NCBI RefSeq assembly: GCF_000025665.1
Contig: NC_013926.1
Span: 1,050,001-1,082,000, forward strand
Reading direction: 5' to 3'
DNA: 32,000 bases
Source of the DNA: Aciduliprofundum boonei T469
GTDB taxonomy: Archaea; Thermoplasmatota; Thermoplasmata; Thermoplasmatales; Aciduliprofundaceae
This document shows positions 14,805-22,989 of this stretch, piece after piece (the first letter of the stretch is position 1; every line of letters begins with the position of its first letter). The notes beneath the pieces are model-generated. The model saw only the letters and a list, made by a program, of their open reading frames with translations, did no database searches and was not told the DNA's origin. Position numbers and translations under genes: made by a program.

Positions 14805-15880
14805 ATTCCGAGCCTTTTTCTTATTTTCTCAAATTCTTCATAATTTCCCTGCACCACAACATATTTTGCCTTGAAGGGGCATTTTTCCTCTCCCCCCTCG
14901 AGAAATACATTGTAAGTGCCAATATTCTTAGCTATGCCTTCAATCTCATTTTTGTCCATTCCAATTAACGGCCTGTAAATAGGATAACTTGTAGCCTGAC
15001 TCTCAATGTACATATTTTCTAAAGTTTGTGAGGCCACTTGCCCCAGAGAGTCTCCTGTAACTATACCCAATGCCCCATATTTATTTGCAATCCTGTCTGC
15101 AATTTTGAGCATAGTGTATTTGCAAAAGACGCAGGTCCACCGCTCTCTATGCATCTCTCTCAATTTATCGGAAATCTTGCTTAGCTCTTCGTAATGATTC
15201 TTAACAACAAGCTCAATTTTCCTTGGAGAGTACTGCTCTAAAACTTCTAATATTTTCTTTACCTTTTCCACACCAGAATCGCTGTGTTTCATATGCAAAG
15301 CAATTATCTTCGCACCCCTCTTCATCATAAGATACGCAGCCACAGGAGAATCTATGCCTGAAGAGATGAGCATTATTAATTTTCCTGCAGAGCCCACGGG
15401 TAGACCTCCCACGCCTTTATATGTTTCAAGGTAAACATAGAACTTCCCATCTATGATTTCAATACCTATGACAAGCTCGGGCTTTTCCAAATCAACTTTC
15501 CATCCGAACTCTCTCACGATAAACGCTCCAATCTCCTCATTTATCTCTTTAGATGTTTTGGGATAGTTCTTATCAACTCTTTTAGTATAAACTCTAAAAC
15601 TCTCTGGTTCATATATGGCCAGCTCTTTACTCAAATACTCGAAGATATCCTCATACTTCACCTCCTTTGCAGGAGAGACAGAAACCACACCAGGGCACTT
15701 GGCAATGAGAGGTACTGCCTGCGGAGATGCATAAACAAATATCCTTCCTCTCAAAATTTTAGTGTGTGATGCGTAACCGTACCTCTTCAACTTTACCTCT
15801 ATATTCTTCGCCAGCAACTCTTCAAATTTTCTGCGATTCTTGCCTTTGAGCCCTATTTCCCCGTACCTTACAATTATCAT
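14801..15880 (-). CDS. thiI: tRNA 4-thiouridine synthase ThiI (NFLD-THUMP-PP-loop; no rhodanese domain)
   Basis: MIIVRYGEIGLKGKNRRKFE N-terminus, a THUMP segment, and PP-loop SSGIDSPVAAYLMMKRG. I prefer ATG 15880, with a TATA 22 nt upstream, over ORF-track 15958, which overlaps the upstream gene. Confidence 0.88.
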   Translation of the reverse strand: MIIVRYGEIGLKGKNRRKFEELLAKNIEVKLKRYGYASHTKILRGRIFVYASPQAVPLIAKCPGVVSVSPAKEVKYEDIFEYLSKELAIYEPESFRVYTKRVDKNYPKTSKEINEEIGAFIVREFGWKVDLEKPELVIGIEIIDGKFYVYLETYKGVGGLPVGSAGKLIMLISSGIDSPVAAYLMMKRGAKIIALHMKHSDSGVEKVKKILEVLEQYSPRKIELVVKNHYEELSKISDKLREMHRERWTCVFCKYTMLKIADRIANKYGALGIVTGDSLGQVASQTLENMYIESQATSYPIYRPLIGMDKNEIEGIAKNIGTYNVFLEGGEEKCPFKAKYVVVQGNYEEFEKIRKRLGI

Positions 15881-15901
15881 CCTATTGCCAGAGATGTCTC
15901 T

Positions 15902-15911
15902 GTATAAAAAT
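15902..15911 (-). promoter_or_regulatory. TATA box (ATTTTTATAC on minus strand) for thiI
   Basis: Lies between the upstream stop (15912-15914) and the thiI ATG (15880). The spacing implies a leaderless or near-leaderless mRNA. Confidence 0.45.
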
Positions 15912-16373
15912 TTATCTAATCCCAAACACATTTTGAAGAGCATTTTTGTAAAGAGCATAGAGATCCTCGAAAGATATCCGGTTCTTGGAATATTTGCTCA
16001 CTGCATCTTTAAGCTCTCTAAGAGAATAAACTTGAGATATTATCTGAGAATCAAGGTACACAAACGCCCTGTCTAAAGATGTCTCTGCACTCTTATACAC
16101 AGCCCTACGCCAGCTCATTTTCTCATCTTCACTCATCTTGTAATAAGTCCCAGGTAAGTTCCTCCCGATGCACCTTGAGCCAAGCAAAAGTTCTAGCTTG
16201 TCCCAAGTCATCGCGCTCCAAGGATCTTCCTTTTTCTCTTCTATCACAACTGGCGAATCGGATTTTTGTACAGTTTTTAATTCTTTAAAATCCTCTTTTA
16301 AGAGATAATACGCCCCCAATCCCAGAGAGCTAAGAACGAGCAGTGCAATTCCTCTTTTCTTAGGATCGTCCAT
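15912..16373 (-). CDS. Hypothetical membrane-anchored protein (N-terminal TM helix, helical ectodomain)
   Basis: About 153 aa. GIALLVLSSLGLGAYYLL is a single TM segment and the rest is polar. No family recognised. ATG at 16373 (the ORF track starts at TTG 16376). Confidence 0.5.
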   Translation of the reverse strand: MDDPKKRGIALLVLSSLGLGAYYLLKEDFKELKTVQKSDSPVVIEEKKEDPWSAMTWDKLELLLGSRCIGRNLPGTYYKMSEDEKMSWRRAVYKSAETSLDRAFVYLDSQIISQVYSLRELKDAVSKYSKNRISFEDLYALYKNALQNVFGIR

Positions 16374-16446
16374 CAATTTGATATTGCATAAATTATTTTT
16401 AAACTTTTGCCTAAAATATTAAAAACTCCTATACTATTTGCCCAAT

Positions 16447-16944
16447 ATGAAGGTCAAGGTTATGAAACCAAGGTTCAAACCAAAAGAAAGTACAAATTTT
16501 GTGCTCTATCCATATCATATTTTTCATATAAGACTTCATTATAAAAGGTTAGGATTGAAAGATAAGATCTTCAATTATTTTGGATACATAGATCTGTACA
16601 GATTCGGTGCGGAGAGGGGAGATAGTTTCATAGGCATAGAAGAATGGGATGTTGACGAAAAAAGTGTAATGAAGGCAGTTGTAACTGATTACGATGAGAT
16701 AAAAAATTTTGCAATGAAGAAAGCTGTGGAATGGGGAGCATTGCGCATAGTTTCTTGGTGGCATCCCTTAGTTGAAATTGTGAGAGAAGAGAGAGCTTAT
16801 AAAATTTTTTGGGTTTACAGGAGAGGAGCTGAATCTTTTGTGATGGATAGTTTCAACGGCCAAGAATTTCCAATAAATTCCCTGCTTAACAACACTGGGT
16901 GTGTAAGAAAAACAAAAATAAAGAGGAAAAAATCAAGGAATTAG
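16447..16944 (+). CDS. Hypothetical protein with basic C-terminal tail
   Basis: About 165 aa. Aromatic-rich segments (VLYPYHIFHI..., AYKIFWVYRRG...FVMDSFNGQEF) and a C-terminal KTKIKRKKSRN. No family recognised. ATG 16447 is preferred over TTG 16438; a TATA-like TAAAATATTAAAAA lies at 16412-16425. Confidence 0.5.
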   Translation: MKVKVMKPRFKPKESTNFVLYPYHIFHIRLHYKRLGLKDKIFNYFGYIDLYRFGAERGDSFIGIEEWDVDEKSVMKAVVTDYDEIKNFAMKKAVEWGALRIVSWWHPLVEIVREERAYKIFWVYRRGAESFVMDSFNGQEFPINSLLNNTGCVRKTKIKRKKSRN

Positions 16945-18522
16945 AGCATTGAGAAGCACATGCTCTGCCACATGCTCAACCTGGCTCTTTGCTCTTGTCT
17001 CCGCAACGGTCTTCTCTGCAGTATTCTCCACAGCTACTTTCTTGTAAAGGCTTAGATGTCTCTTCACAACATCCTCTGGTGGCTTTGTTACCAAGCTCAC
17101 TATGATTATCACAAACAGAGTTATAAAGAAGTTTACAAAGAATATTGGAACTCCCTTCAATGGCCCACTAGTAAATGCCCAGCCAATAGTGCTCTCCATA
17201 TAAACCTCAGATATAAGTCCATAGAGCATACCAACTATTATTCCTTCCTTTGTTATCCTCTTCCACCATAGTGATAGTATTAATGGCGGTCCAAAGCCAA
17301 CACCTAATCCACCCCAGGCAGTTGCAACCATTCCGTACACAAGTGGATTGGGTCTAAGTGCAAACCATAGTGCTATGAGGCCTAAGATGAAAACTACCAG
17401 TCTCCCTATATTAACCATCTGCTTCTGAGTGGGTTCATAATTGAATATCTTGTGTATGTAATCTCTACCAACAGCGGATGCTGCCACAAGAAGCTGTGAA
17501 TCAGCGGTACTCATCACTGCAGATATTATACCAGAGATAAGTATACCAGCAACTAGTGGTGGTGTGAAGTGCACAATCAATGCAGGTATTATTTGCTCTG
17601 GATCGCTCACGGTTAGAGAGCCTTTTTGAACTAGGGCAATTCCCAAGAAGCCACCAAAGAATGCACCCCACAGAACCAATATAGTCCATATTATACTTAT
17701 GAAAATTCCAGGTCTTCTGAGTTCTTTAGGGTGCTTGGCAGCCATGAACCTGGTCTGGATGTGAGGCTGTCCTATGTAACCTACAACCCAAGATGCATAA
17801 CCTATGGCAAATACCACCGCAGCTAAACCAACTGCACCTCCAAACGGAGATAGCTTTGTGGGATCTGCCTGCCCGATAAGATTTATTGCATTAGCAAATC
17901 CCCCAACTTCGCCTACAATCAAGAATGGAACAACTATAAGCACTGTGAGCATAAGCAGTGCCTGAAAGACATCGGTCCATACCACTGCGAAGAATCCGCC
18001 AACGACCACATAGGCCACCAGAATTACAAATGTTATAACTGCGCCCCATTCATAACTAACACTGAATGCCTCTGCAAAGGTCTTACCTCCTGCTGCAAAC
18101 TGGGCTGCCACATAGGCGGTCATGAATACCAAAATTATAAGACCCGAGATAAAGCGTATTAGCTTTGTATGGTCTTTAACTCTGGCCTCTAAGAAATCAG
18201 GTATAGTTATTGCCTTGAGCTTTCCTGCATATATTCTCAATCTGACAGCCATCATTGTCCAGTTGAGCAGGGTACCACCTAGACATCCTATGGCGGCCCA
18301 AATTGCACCAACACCAGCTTTGAAAGCACTACCTGGATAACCCAGCATAAGCCAACCTGAGAAATCACTTGCTTTATCGCTCAGAGATGCTGCTAAGATA
18401 TGAACATGTCTTCCTCCAATGTAGTACTGGCTCTCGTTCTTTGTATACTTGTTTGACCACCAGCCGATAAAGGCCAGGATGAACAAGTATATAATAAAGC
18501 CAACCAGTATTCCCCAGCTCAT
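16933..18522 (-). CDS. Sodium:solute symporter family (SSF; PutP/PanF-like) transporter
   Basis: 529 aa with about 13 TM helices. N-terminal YYIGGRHV...ASDFSGWLMLGYPGSAF matches the SSF signature region. Confidence 0.85.
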   Translation of the reverse strand: MSWGILVGFIIYLFILAFIGWWSNKYTKNESQYYIGGRHVHILAASLSDKASDFSGWLMLGYPGSAFKAGVGAIWAAIGCLGGTLLNWTMMAVRLRIYAGKLKAITIPDFLEARVKDHTKLIRFISGLIILVFMTAYVAAQFAAGGKTFAEAFSVSYEWGAVITFVILVAYVVVGGFFAVVWTDVFQALLMLTVLIVVPFLIVGEVGGFANAINLIGQADPTKLSPFGGAVGLAAVVFAIGYASWVVGYIGQPHIQTRFMAAKHPKELRRPGIFISIIWTILVLWGAFFGGFLGIALVQKGSLTVSDPEQIIPALIVHFTPPLVAGILISGIISAVMSTADSQLLVAASAVGRDYIHKIFNYEPTQKQMVNIGRLVVFILGLIALWFALRPNPLVYGMVATAWGGLGVGFGPPLILSLWWKRITKEGIIVGMLYGLISEVYMESTIGWAFTSGPLKGVPIFFVNFFITLFVIIIVSLVTKPPEDVVKRHLSLYKKVAVENTAEKTVAETRAKSQVEHVAEHVLLNALIP

Positions 18523-18710
18523 TTTTCTCCCTCCTTCTCTGCCTTGACAATTTCTTCATCGTAGGCAAGTATGTCATCGTCCACATAGTATACCTTGTGC
18601 ACTATCTTGTCCCAGTAACCGTATAAAAGCATTATCAAAAGTCCAACGATCACTGGGACAATAATCTCCACCCATGCTGCTGTGCTAAGCTCATACATGT
18701 CAACACCCAT
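18519..18710 (-). CDS. Small single-TM protein translationally coupled to the SSF symporter (possible accessory subunit)
   Basis: One hydrophobic helix (AAWVEIIVPVIVGLLIMLLYGYW) and an acidic tail. Its stop overlaps the symporter ATG (ATGA). The start is uncertain: ATG 18710 or 18698, with the ORF-track TTG at 18725. Confidence 0.5.
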   Translation of the reverse strand: MGVDMYELSTAAWVEIIVPVIVGLLIMLLYGYWDKIVHKVYYVDDDILAYDEEIVKAEKEGEK

Positions 18711-18727
18711 GCTCTCATGCACCAAGG

Positions 18728-18740
18728 CATATAAAAATAT
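18728..18740 (-). promoter_or_regulatory. BRE/TATA (GCGAAAT-ATTTTTATATG on minus strand) for the small-protein/SSF operon
   Basis: A TATA with an adjacent BRE-like GCGAAA lies about 20-30 nt upstream of the candidate ATGs at 18710/18698. Confidence 0.45.
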
Positions 18741-18752
18741 TTCGCATCCAAG

Positions 18753-18762
18753 ATATAAAAAT
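18753..18762 (+). promoter_or_regulatory. TATA box (ATATAAAAAT) for the AOR-family gene
   Basis: A second copy of ATATAAAAAT, about 50 nt upstream of ATG 18811. This implies a short leader. Confidence 0.4.
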
Positions 18763-18810
18763 CTTTTGGGGATTGAGTTAAATTTTTAATGCGTATGGAG
18801 ATTACCCACT

Positions 18811-20496
18811 ATGTATGGATGGAGCGGAAAAGGTCTGATAATTGATTTAGATGAGAAATCTGCAAAAGAATTTGAAATTGACAAGGATATTTTGAGGGAT
18901 TATATAGGTGGTAGGGGGTTAGGAGTAAAGCTCTATTACGACATAATTGAACCCACGATTCATCCCTTTGACGATGAGAATACCTTAGTTTTCACTGTGG
19001 GTCCATTAACTGGCGTAGCCCCAATGTCTGGCAGGCATAGTGTTGTATCAAAATCTCCGCTTACAGGAACCATTTTAGATTCTAACTCAGGAGGTTTTTG
19101 GGGGAAAGAGTTGCATTACGCTGGATACGATGCACTTATTGTAAAAGGAAAGGCTGAAGAGCCCATTTACATAAGGATCAATGATGATGAGGTGGAATTT
19201 GAGAGTGCCAAAGATCTATGGGGTTTGGATGTAAAAGATACCACGAATAGATTGAAAGGGTATGGAAGTGTCGCCACAATAGGACCGGCAGGAGAGAAGG
19301 GTGTGTTATACGCGGGTATAATGAATGACTACACTCATACTGCCGGAAGAGGTGGGTTAGGAGCAATAATGGGAAAGAAGAATCTAAAGGCAATCGTTGT
19401 TAAGGGTTCAAAAAAACCAAAGGTTGCAGATGTGGAGAAGTACAAAGAGGCAATGATGGATATGGTGAAACTACTCGAAGCATCCCCTCCAGTAAACAAA
19501 GGCCTTCGCGTATTTGGCACTGCGATGCTCTACGATATCGTAAATTATCTTGATGTTATGCCTACAAACAATTTTAATGATGTGCATTTTGAGGGAGGAA
19601 ATCTATCCGGTGATTACATTTTGAAAAATTACAATGTAGAGAGTCATGGATGCTGGGGTTGCCCCATCAACTGCAAGAAGAGAGATAAAGATAGGAACAT
19701 AGAGTTGCCCGAATACGAGACAATATGGGCATTTGGACCGAATATTGAAAATGGAGATTATGAAAGGGTTGTGCAGGCAAATTTAAAATGCAATAATCTT
19801 GGGATGGATACAATAACTGCAGGTGCAACTATAGCACTATATAGAGAGCTCACAGGCAAGGATGTGCTTGATGAAATTGAAAAGATACCTGAGGATGAAG
19901 AATTATCTAAGGGTTCAAGAATTCTCGCTAGAAAATATAAGGCGGAGGAGAAGAGCACAGATATTAAAGGATTAGAGCTACCTGGCTATGACCCCCGTGG
20001 TCTATACGGGCAGGCATTGAGCTACGCCACAAGCAATCGCGGTGGCTGTCATCTCCGTGCCTACATGGTAGCTCCCGAAATAATTGGAAAGCCAAAATTA
20101 ATACACAGATTGAGTCCGGAGGGGAAAGCAGGTCTCGTTGTAATTTTCCAAAATTTAAATGCTGCTATAGATTCTCTAATTCTCTGCAAATTTACGGGCT
20201 TTGCAATGACGGAAGTTGAGTACTCAAAGTTGCTATCCTCCGTAACTGGAGTACATTACAAGAGCGAGGATATTCTTCGTGTTGGAGAAAGAATATACAA
20301 TTTAGAGAGATTATTCAATGTGAAAAATGGAATTGATGGAAAGTACGATACCCTACCACCAAAAATATTTGAGGGAAAGAACGCTATGGATAGAAAAATA
20401 TTTGAAGAGATGCTTCAAGAGTACTATGAGTTTAGAGAATGGGTTAACGGAGTGCCAAAGAAAGAAAAACTGCGCAAATTGGGTATCATATCCTGA
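18811..20496 (+). CDS. Aldehyde:ferredoxin oxidoreductase family enzyme (tungstopterin/4Fe-4S type; substrate not assignable)
   Basis: 561 aa. N-terminal MYGWSGKGLIIDL...YIGGRGLG, the cluster motif CWGCPINC plus a distal Cys (LILCKF), and ELPGYDPRG. Confidence 0.88.
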   Translation: MYGWSGKGLIIDLDEKSAKEFEIDKDILRDYIGGRGLGVKLYYDIIEPTIHPFDDENTLVFTVGPLTGVAPMSGRHSVVSKSPLTGTILDSNSGGFWGKELHYAGYDALIVKGKAEEPIYIRINDDEVEFESAKDLWGLDVKDTTNRLKGYGSVATIGPAGEKGVLYAGIMNDYTHTAGRGGLGAIMGKKNLKAIVVKGSKKPKVADVEKYKEAMMDMVKLLEASPPVNKGLRVFGTAMLYDIVNYLDVMPTNNFNDVHFEGGNLSGDYILKNYNVESHGCWGCPINCKKRDKDRNIELPEYETIWAFGPNIENGDYERVVQANLKCNNLGMDTITAGATIALYRELTGKDVLDEIEKIPEDEELSKGSRILARKYKAEEKSTDIKGLELPGYDPRGLYGQALSYATSNRGGCHLRAYMVAPEIIGKPKLIHRLSPEGKAGLVVIFQNLNAAIDSLILCKFTGFAMTEVEYSKLLSSVTGVHYKSEDILRVGERIYNLERLFNVKNGIDGKYDTLPPKIFEGKNAMDRKIFEEMLQEYYEFREWVNGVPKKEKLRKLGIIS

Positions 20497-20505
20497 TTCC
20501 AAAAA

Positions 20506-20512
20506 TTTTTTT
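20506..20512 (+). terminator. T7 tract 10 nt after the AOR stop (possible terminator and/or part of a TATA element)
   Basis: AAAAATTTTTTTATTA sits between the AOR stop (20496) and the next ORF (20517). Confidence 0.35.
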
Positions 20513-20516
20513 ATTA

Positions 20517-21968
20517 GTGCCTCATGCCAAATTCGTGGAATCTTTTTTAAAGAGGGCTAAGGAGATTGCGAGGAAGATTGAAGAAGCAGATAAGATAGTT
20601 ATTGTAAGCCACATAGATGCAGATGGCATAACTTCTGGTAGCATAGCAGCGAGAGCTTTGCAAAGATTAAACAAGGATTTTCGCATAGATTTTGTAAAGC
20701 AGCTTGATGAGAGAAAAATTGAAGAGTTGAAGGATGAGAACCCGGATTTAGTATGGTTTACAGACCTTGGAAGTGGTATGGTTCATCTAATGTATGGACT
20801 AGATGCGGTTATAACCGACCATCATGTGCCCAGTAGTTTGAATGTAATTGTGCCAAAGAAAGCAAGAAAAAATCTAACTTCATTTTTTGAAGAATTATCA
20901 AAGAGCGATGTCTTGCAGCTCAATCCTCACATATTTAATAGAAATGGAGCTGTGGATATAAGTGGGGCAGGAACAACATACTTGGTTGCAAGGGAATTGG
21001 ATAGGAGAAATGTGGATTTGAGTCCCCTCGCAATTGTTGGAGCCATTGGGGACATGCAAGATACTGAAAATTTAAGGCTCACAGGCACAAATAGGGTGAT
21101 TTTGAAAGAGGCAAAAGAGCACAATTATGTGGATTTCTTCTTAGATGCAAGGTTCTTTGGAAGAGAAACCAAGCCCGTTTACAAGATGTTACAGTTCTCT
21201 ACAGACCCTCTACTTCCCACCCTAACAGGTGATGAAAAGAGATGCATAGCATTTCTGAAGGAGCTGGGAATACCCTTAAAGAGGGATAGATGGAGAAGAT
21301 GGATCGATTTGACAAAAGAGGAAAAAAAATTGATACTTTCAGAGCTTGTTAAACTCATTTTGAGAATGGGCTACGGTTATGAGATGGCTAAAAGATTAAT
21401 AGGAGAGGTTTATATTTTGAAGAATGAAGAAAGGGGTACTCCATTGAGGGATGCAAAAGAATTTGCCACATTGCTGAATGCTTGTGGCAGATACAACAAA
21501 GCATTTATTGGCTATCAAGTATGCCTAGGAGATAGAGATGAGTACTACAAAAAGGCATTAAATATGCTAAATCATCATAGAAGAAACTTGGTTGATGGTG
21601 TGAATTTTGTTAAGGAGATAGGAATAGTTAAAAGAGAGTTTTTGCAATACTTCCATGCAGGCGAAAATATCAACGAGAACATAGTTGGCATAGTAGCTTC
21701 AATGATACTCACAGAGGAGGGAAATAGGGAATTGCCCATAATCGCCTTCGCGAACAGCGAGGATGGGAATATAAAGGTATCCGCTAGGGCTCCAAGAGCG
21801 CTTGTGGATAAGGGGTTGAATCTATCAATAATAATGCGTGAAGCTTCCGCAGAAGTTGGTGGCTATGGAGGAGGACATAATATTGCAGCAGGTGCTTCCA
21901 TACCTAAGGGCAAAGAGGATGAGTTCTTGGATATCGTGGAAAATATGATAAAAAAGCAACTTGAATGA
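20517..21968 (+). CDS. RecJ-like DHH/DHHA1 nuclease (archaeal RecJ/Cdc45-GAN family)
   Basis: VSHIDADGITSGS (motifs I/II), ITDHH (DHH motif) and C-terminal GGGHNIAAGA (DHHA1). GTG start at 20517; an alternative in-frame GTG lies at 20535. Confidence 0.85.
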   Translation: MPHAKFVESFLKRAKEIARKIEEADKIVIVSHIDADGITSGSIAARALQRLNKDFRIDFVKQLDERKIEELKDENPDLVWFTDLGSGMVHLMYGLDAVITDHHVPSSLNVIVPKKARKNLTSFFEELSKSDVLQLNPHIFNRNGAVDISGAGTTYLVARELDRRNVDLSPLAIVGAIGDMQDTENLRLTGTNRVILKEAKEHNYVDFFLDARFFGRETKPVYKMLQFSTDPLLPTLTGDEKRCIAFLKELGIPLKRDRWRRWIDLTKEEKKLILSELVKLILRMGYGYEMAKRLIGEVYILKNEERGTPLRDAKEFATLLNACGRYNKAFIGYQVCLGDRDEYYKKALNMLNHHRRNLVDGVNFVKEIGIVKREFLQYFHAGENINENIVGIVASMILTEEGNRELPIIAFANSEDGNIKVSARAPRALVDKGLNLSIIMREASAEVGGYGGGHNIAAGASIPKGKEDEFLDIVENMIKKQLE

Positions 21969-22015
21969 TGCAAAGTTTTTTAAATATAAACTTATTTGGG
22001 CACTAAGGTGGAAAC

Positions 22016-22633
22016 ATGACAGATATGTACGATTACGATTCTTTACTTGCCCGTGTTCGTGAGGCTTTGCCTGAAGAGATTAAGAATAGAGAGAGATTTG
22101 AAGTTCCAAAGGTAGAAGTAATTTATGAAGGAAAGAACACAATTATCAAGAATTTTATGGATATTGTTAAGAGGATAAACAGGGACCAAATGCATGTCTA
22201 TAAATATCTTATGAGAGAACTTGGAACCGCTGGAAGTATTCAGGGAGATAGGCTGGTTTTAAAAGGGCGTATTTCACAATCTCTCATTCAAAGCAGAATT
22301 GATAGTTATGTAAAGACCTATGTAATATGCTATGAATGCGGCTCTCCCGATACAGAGCTTAGAAAGGAGGGAAGGGTTGAGATCCTAGTGTGCAAGGCTT
22401 GCGGTGCAATAAGGCCTGTGCATGGAAAGGTGGCTGTGAAATTCAGCATGTCCAAGCTTGAAGAGGGAAAGGTTTACAATGTAGAAATCACTGATTTGAG
22501 TAGAGATGGAGATGGCATAGCAAAATATGGTGATTATACTATTTATGTTCCTGGTGCAAGAAAGGGAGAGCAGGTAAAAGTAAAAATTGTTAAAATAAAG
22601 AAAAATGTGGCGTTTGGGAGGATAGTCAGCTGA
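22016..22633 (+). CDS. eif2b: Translation initiation factor aIF2 beta subunit with a C-terminal TRAM-like domain
   Basis: aIF2-beta core with zinc ribbon CYECGSPDT...CKACGA. A roughly 60-aa tail EGKVYNVEITDLSRDGDGIAKYGDYTIYVPGARKGEQVKVKIVKIKKNVAFGRIV has the TRAM-domain pattern. AGGTGG SD. Confidence 0.85.
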   Translation: MTDMYDYDSLLARVREALPEEIKNRERFEVPKVEVIYEGKNTIIKNFMDIVKRINRDQMHVYKYLMRELGTAGSIQGDRLVLKGRISQSLIQSRIDSYVKTYVICYECGSPDTELRKEGRVEILVCKACGAIRPVHGKVAVKFSMSKLEEGKVYNVEITDLSRDGDGIAKYGDYTIYVPGARKGEQVKVKIVKIKKNVAFGRIVS

Positions 22634-22989
22634 TGAATGTTGTGCTAGATGCAAATGCTCTTATGATGCCATTTGAGTATCGCTTGAATTTAGATTTAGA
22701 AATAAAGAGGGTATTAGGCAATGTAAATATTTTGGTACCATCTTGCATACTTGGAGAATTAGAAAGATTATCGAGGAAGAGATGGGAGGCAAAGGCAGCT
22801 TTACAACTTGCAAAGAAGTATGAGATGATAGAAGTGGAAAAACTCGGAGATAATGGAGTTTTGGAAGCTGCAAAAAAGCTAAATGCTTATGTGGTAACGA
22901 ACGATAGAGCCTTTGCAAGGATTTTAAAAAAAGAAGGAATAAAGGTTATATCTATGAAACAAAATCATTTGGTGATTGAAAATGATTGA
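22633..22989 (+). CDS. PIN-domain protein (Fcf1/Utp24-like small archaeal PIN, COG1412-type)
   Basis: 118 aa. VVLDANAL... (first acidic residue), ...VVTNDRAF (last acidic residue). It overlaps the aIF2-beta stop by 1 nt (TGATG). Confidence 0.7.
   Translation: MNVVLDANALMMPFEYRLNLDLEIKRVLGNVNILVPSCILGELERLSRKRWEAKAALQLAKKYEMIEVEKLGDNGVLEAAKKLNAYVVTNDRAFARILKKEGIKVISMKQNHLVIEND

Noticed and set aside
15881-15958. N-terminal extension of thiI (ORF-track start 15958)
   Set aside because: It would overlap the upstream gene by 47 nt and cover the TATA box at 15902-15911. The family-typical N-terminus MIIVRYGEIGLKG starts at 15880.
18729-18762. Direct repeat ATATAAAAAT x2 spaced 24 nt apart
   Set aside because: It is interpreted as the two TATA boxes of a divergent promoter pair (the minus-strand one with the adjacent BRE-like GCGAAA), not as a repeat element.
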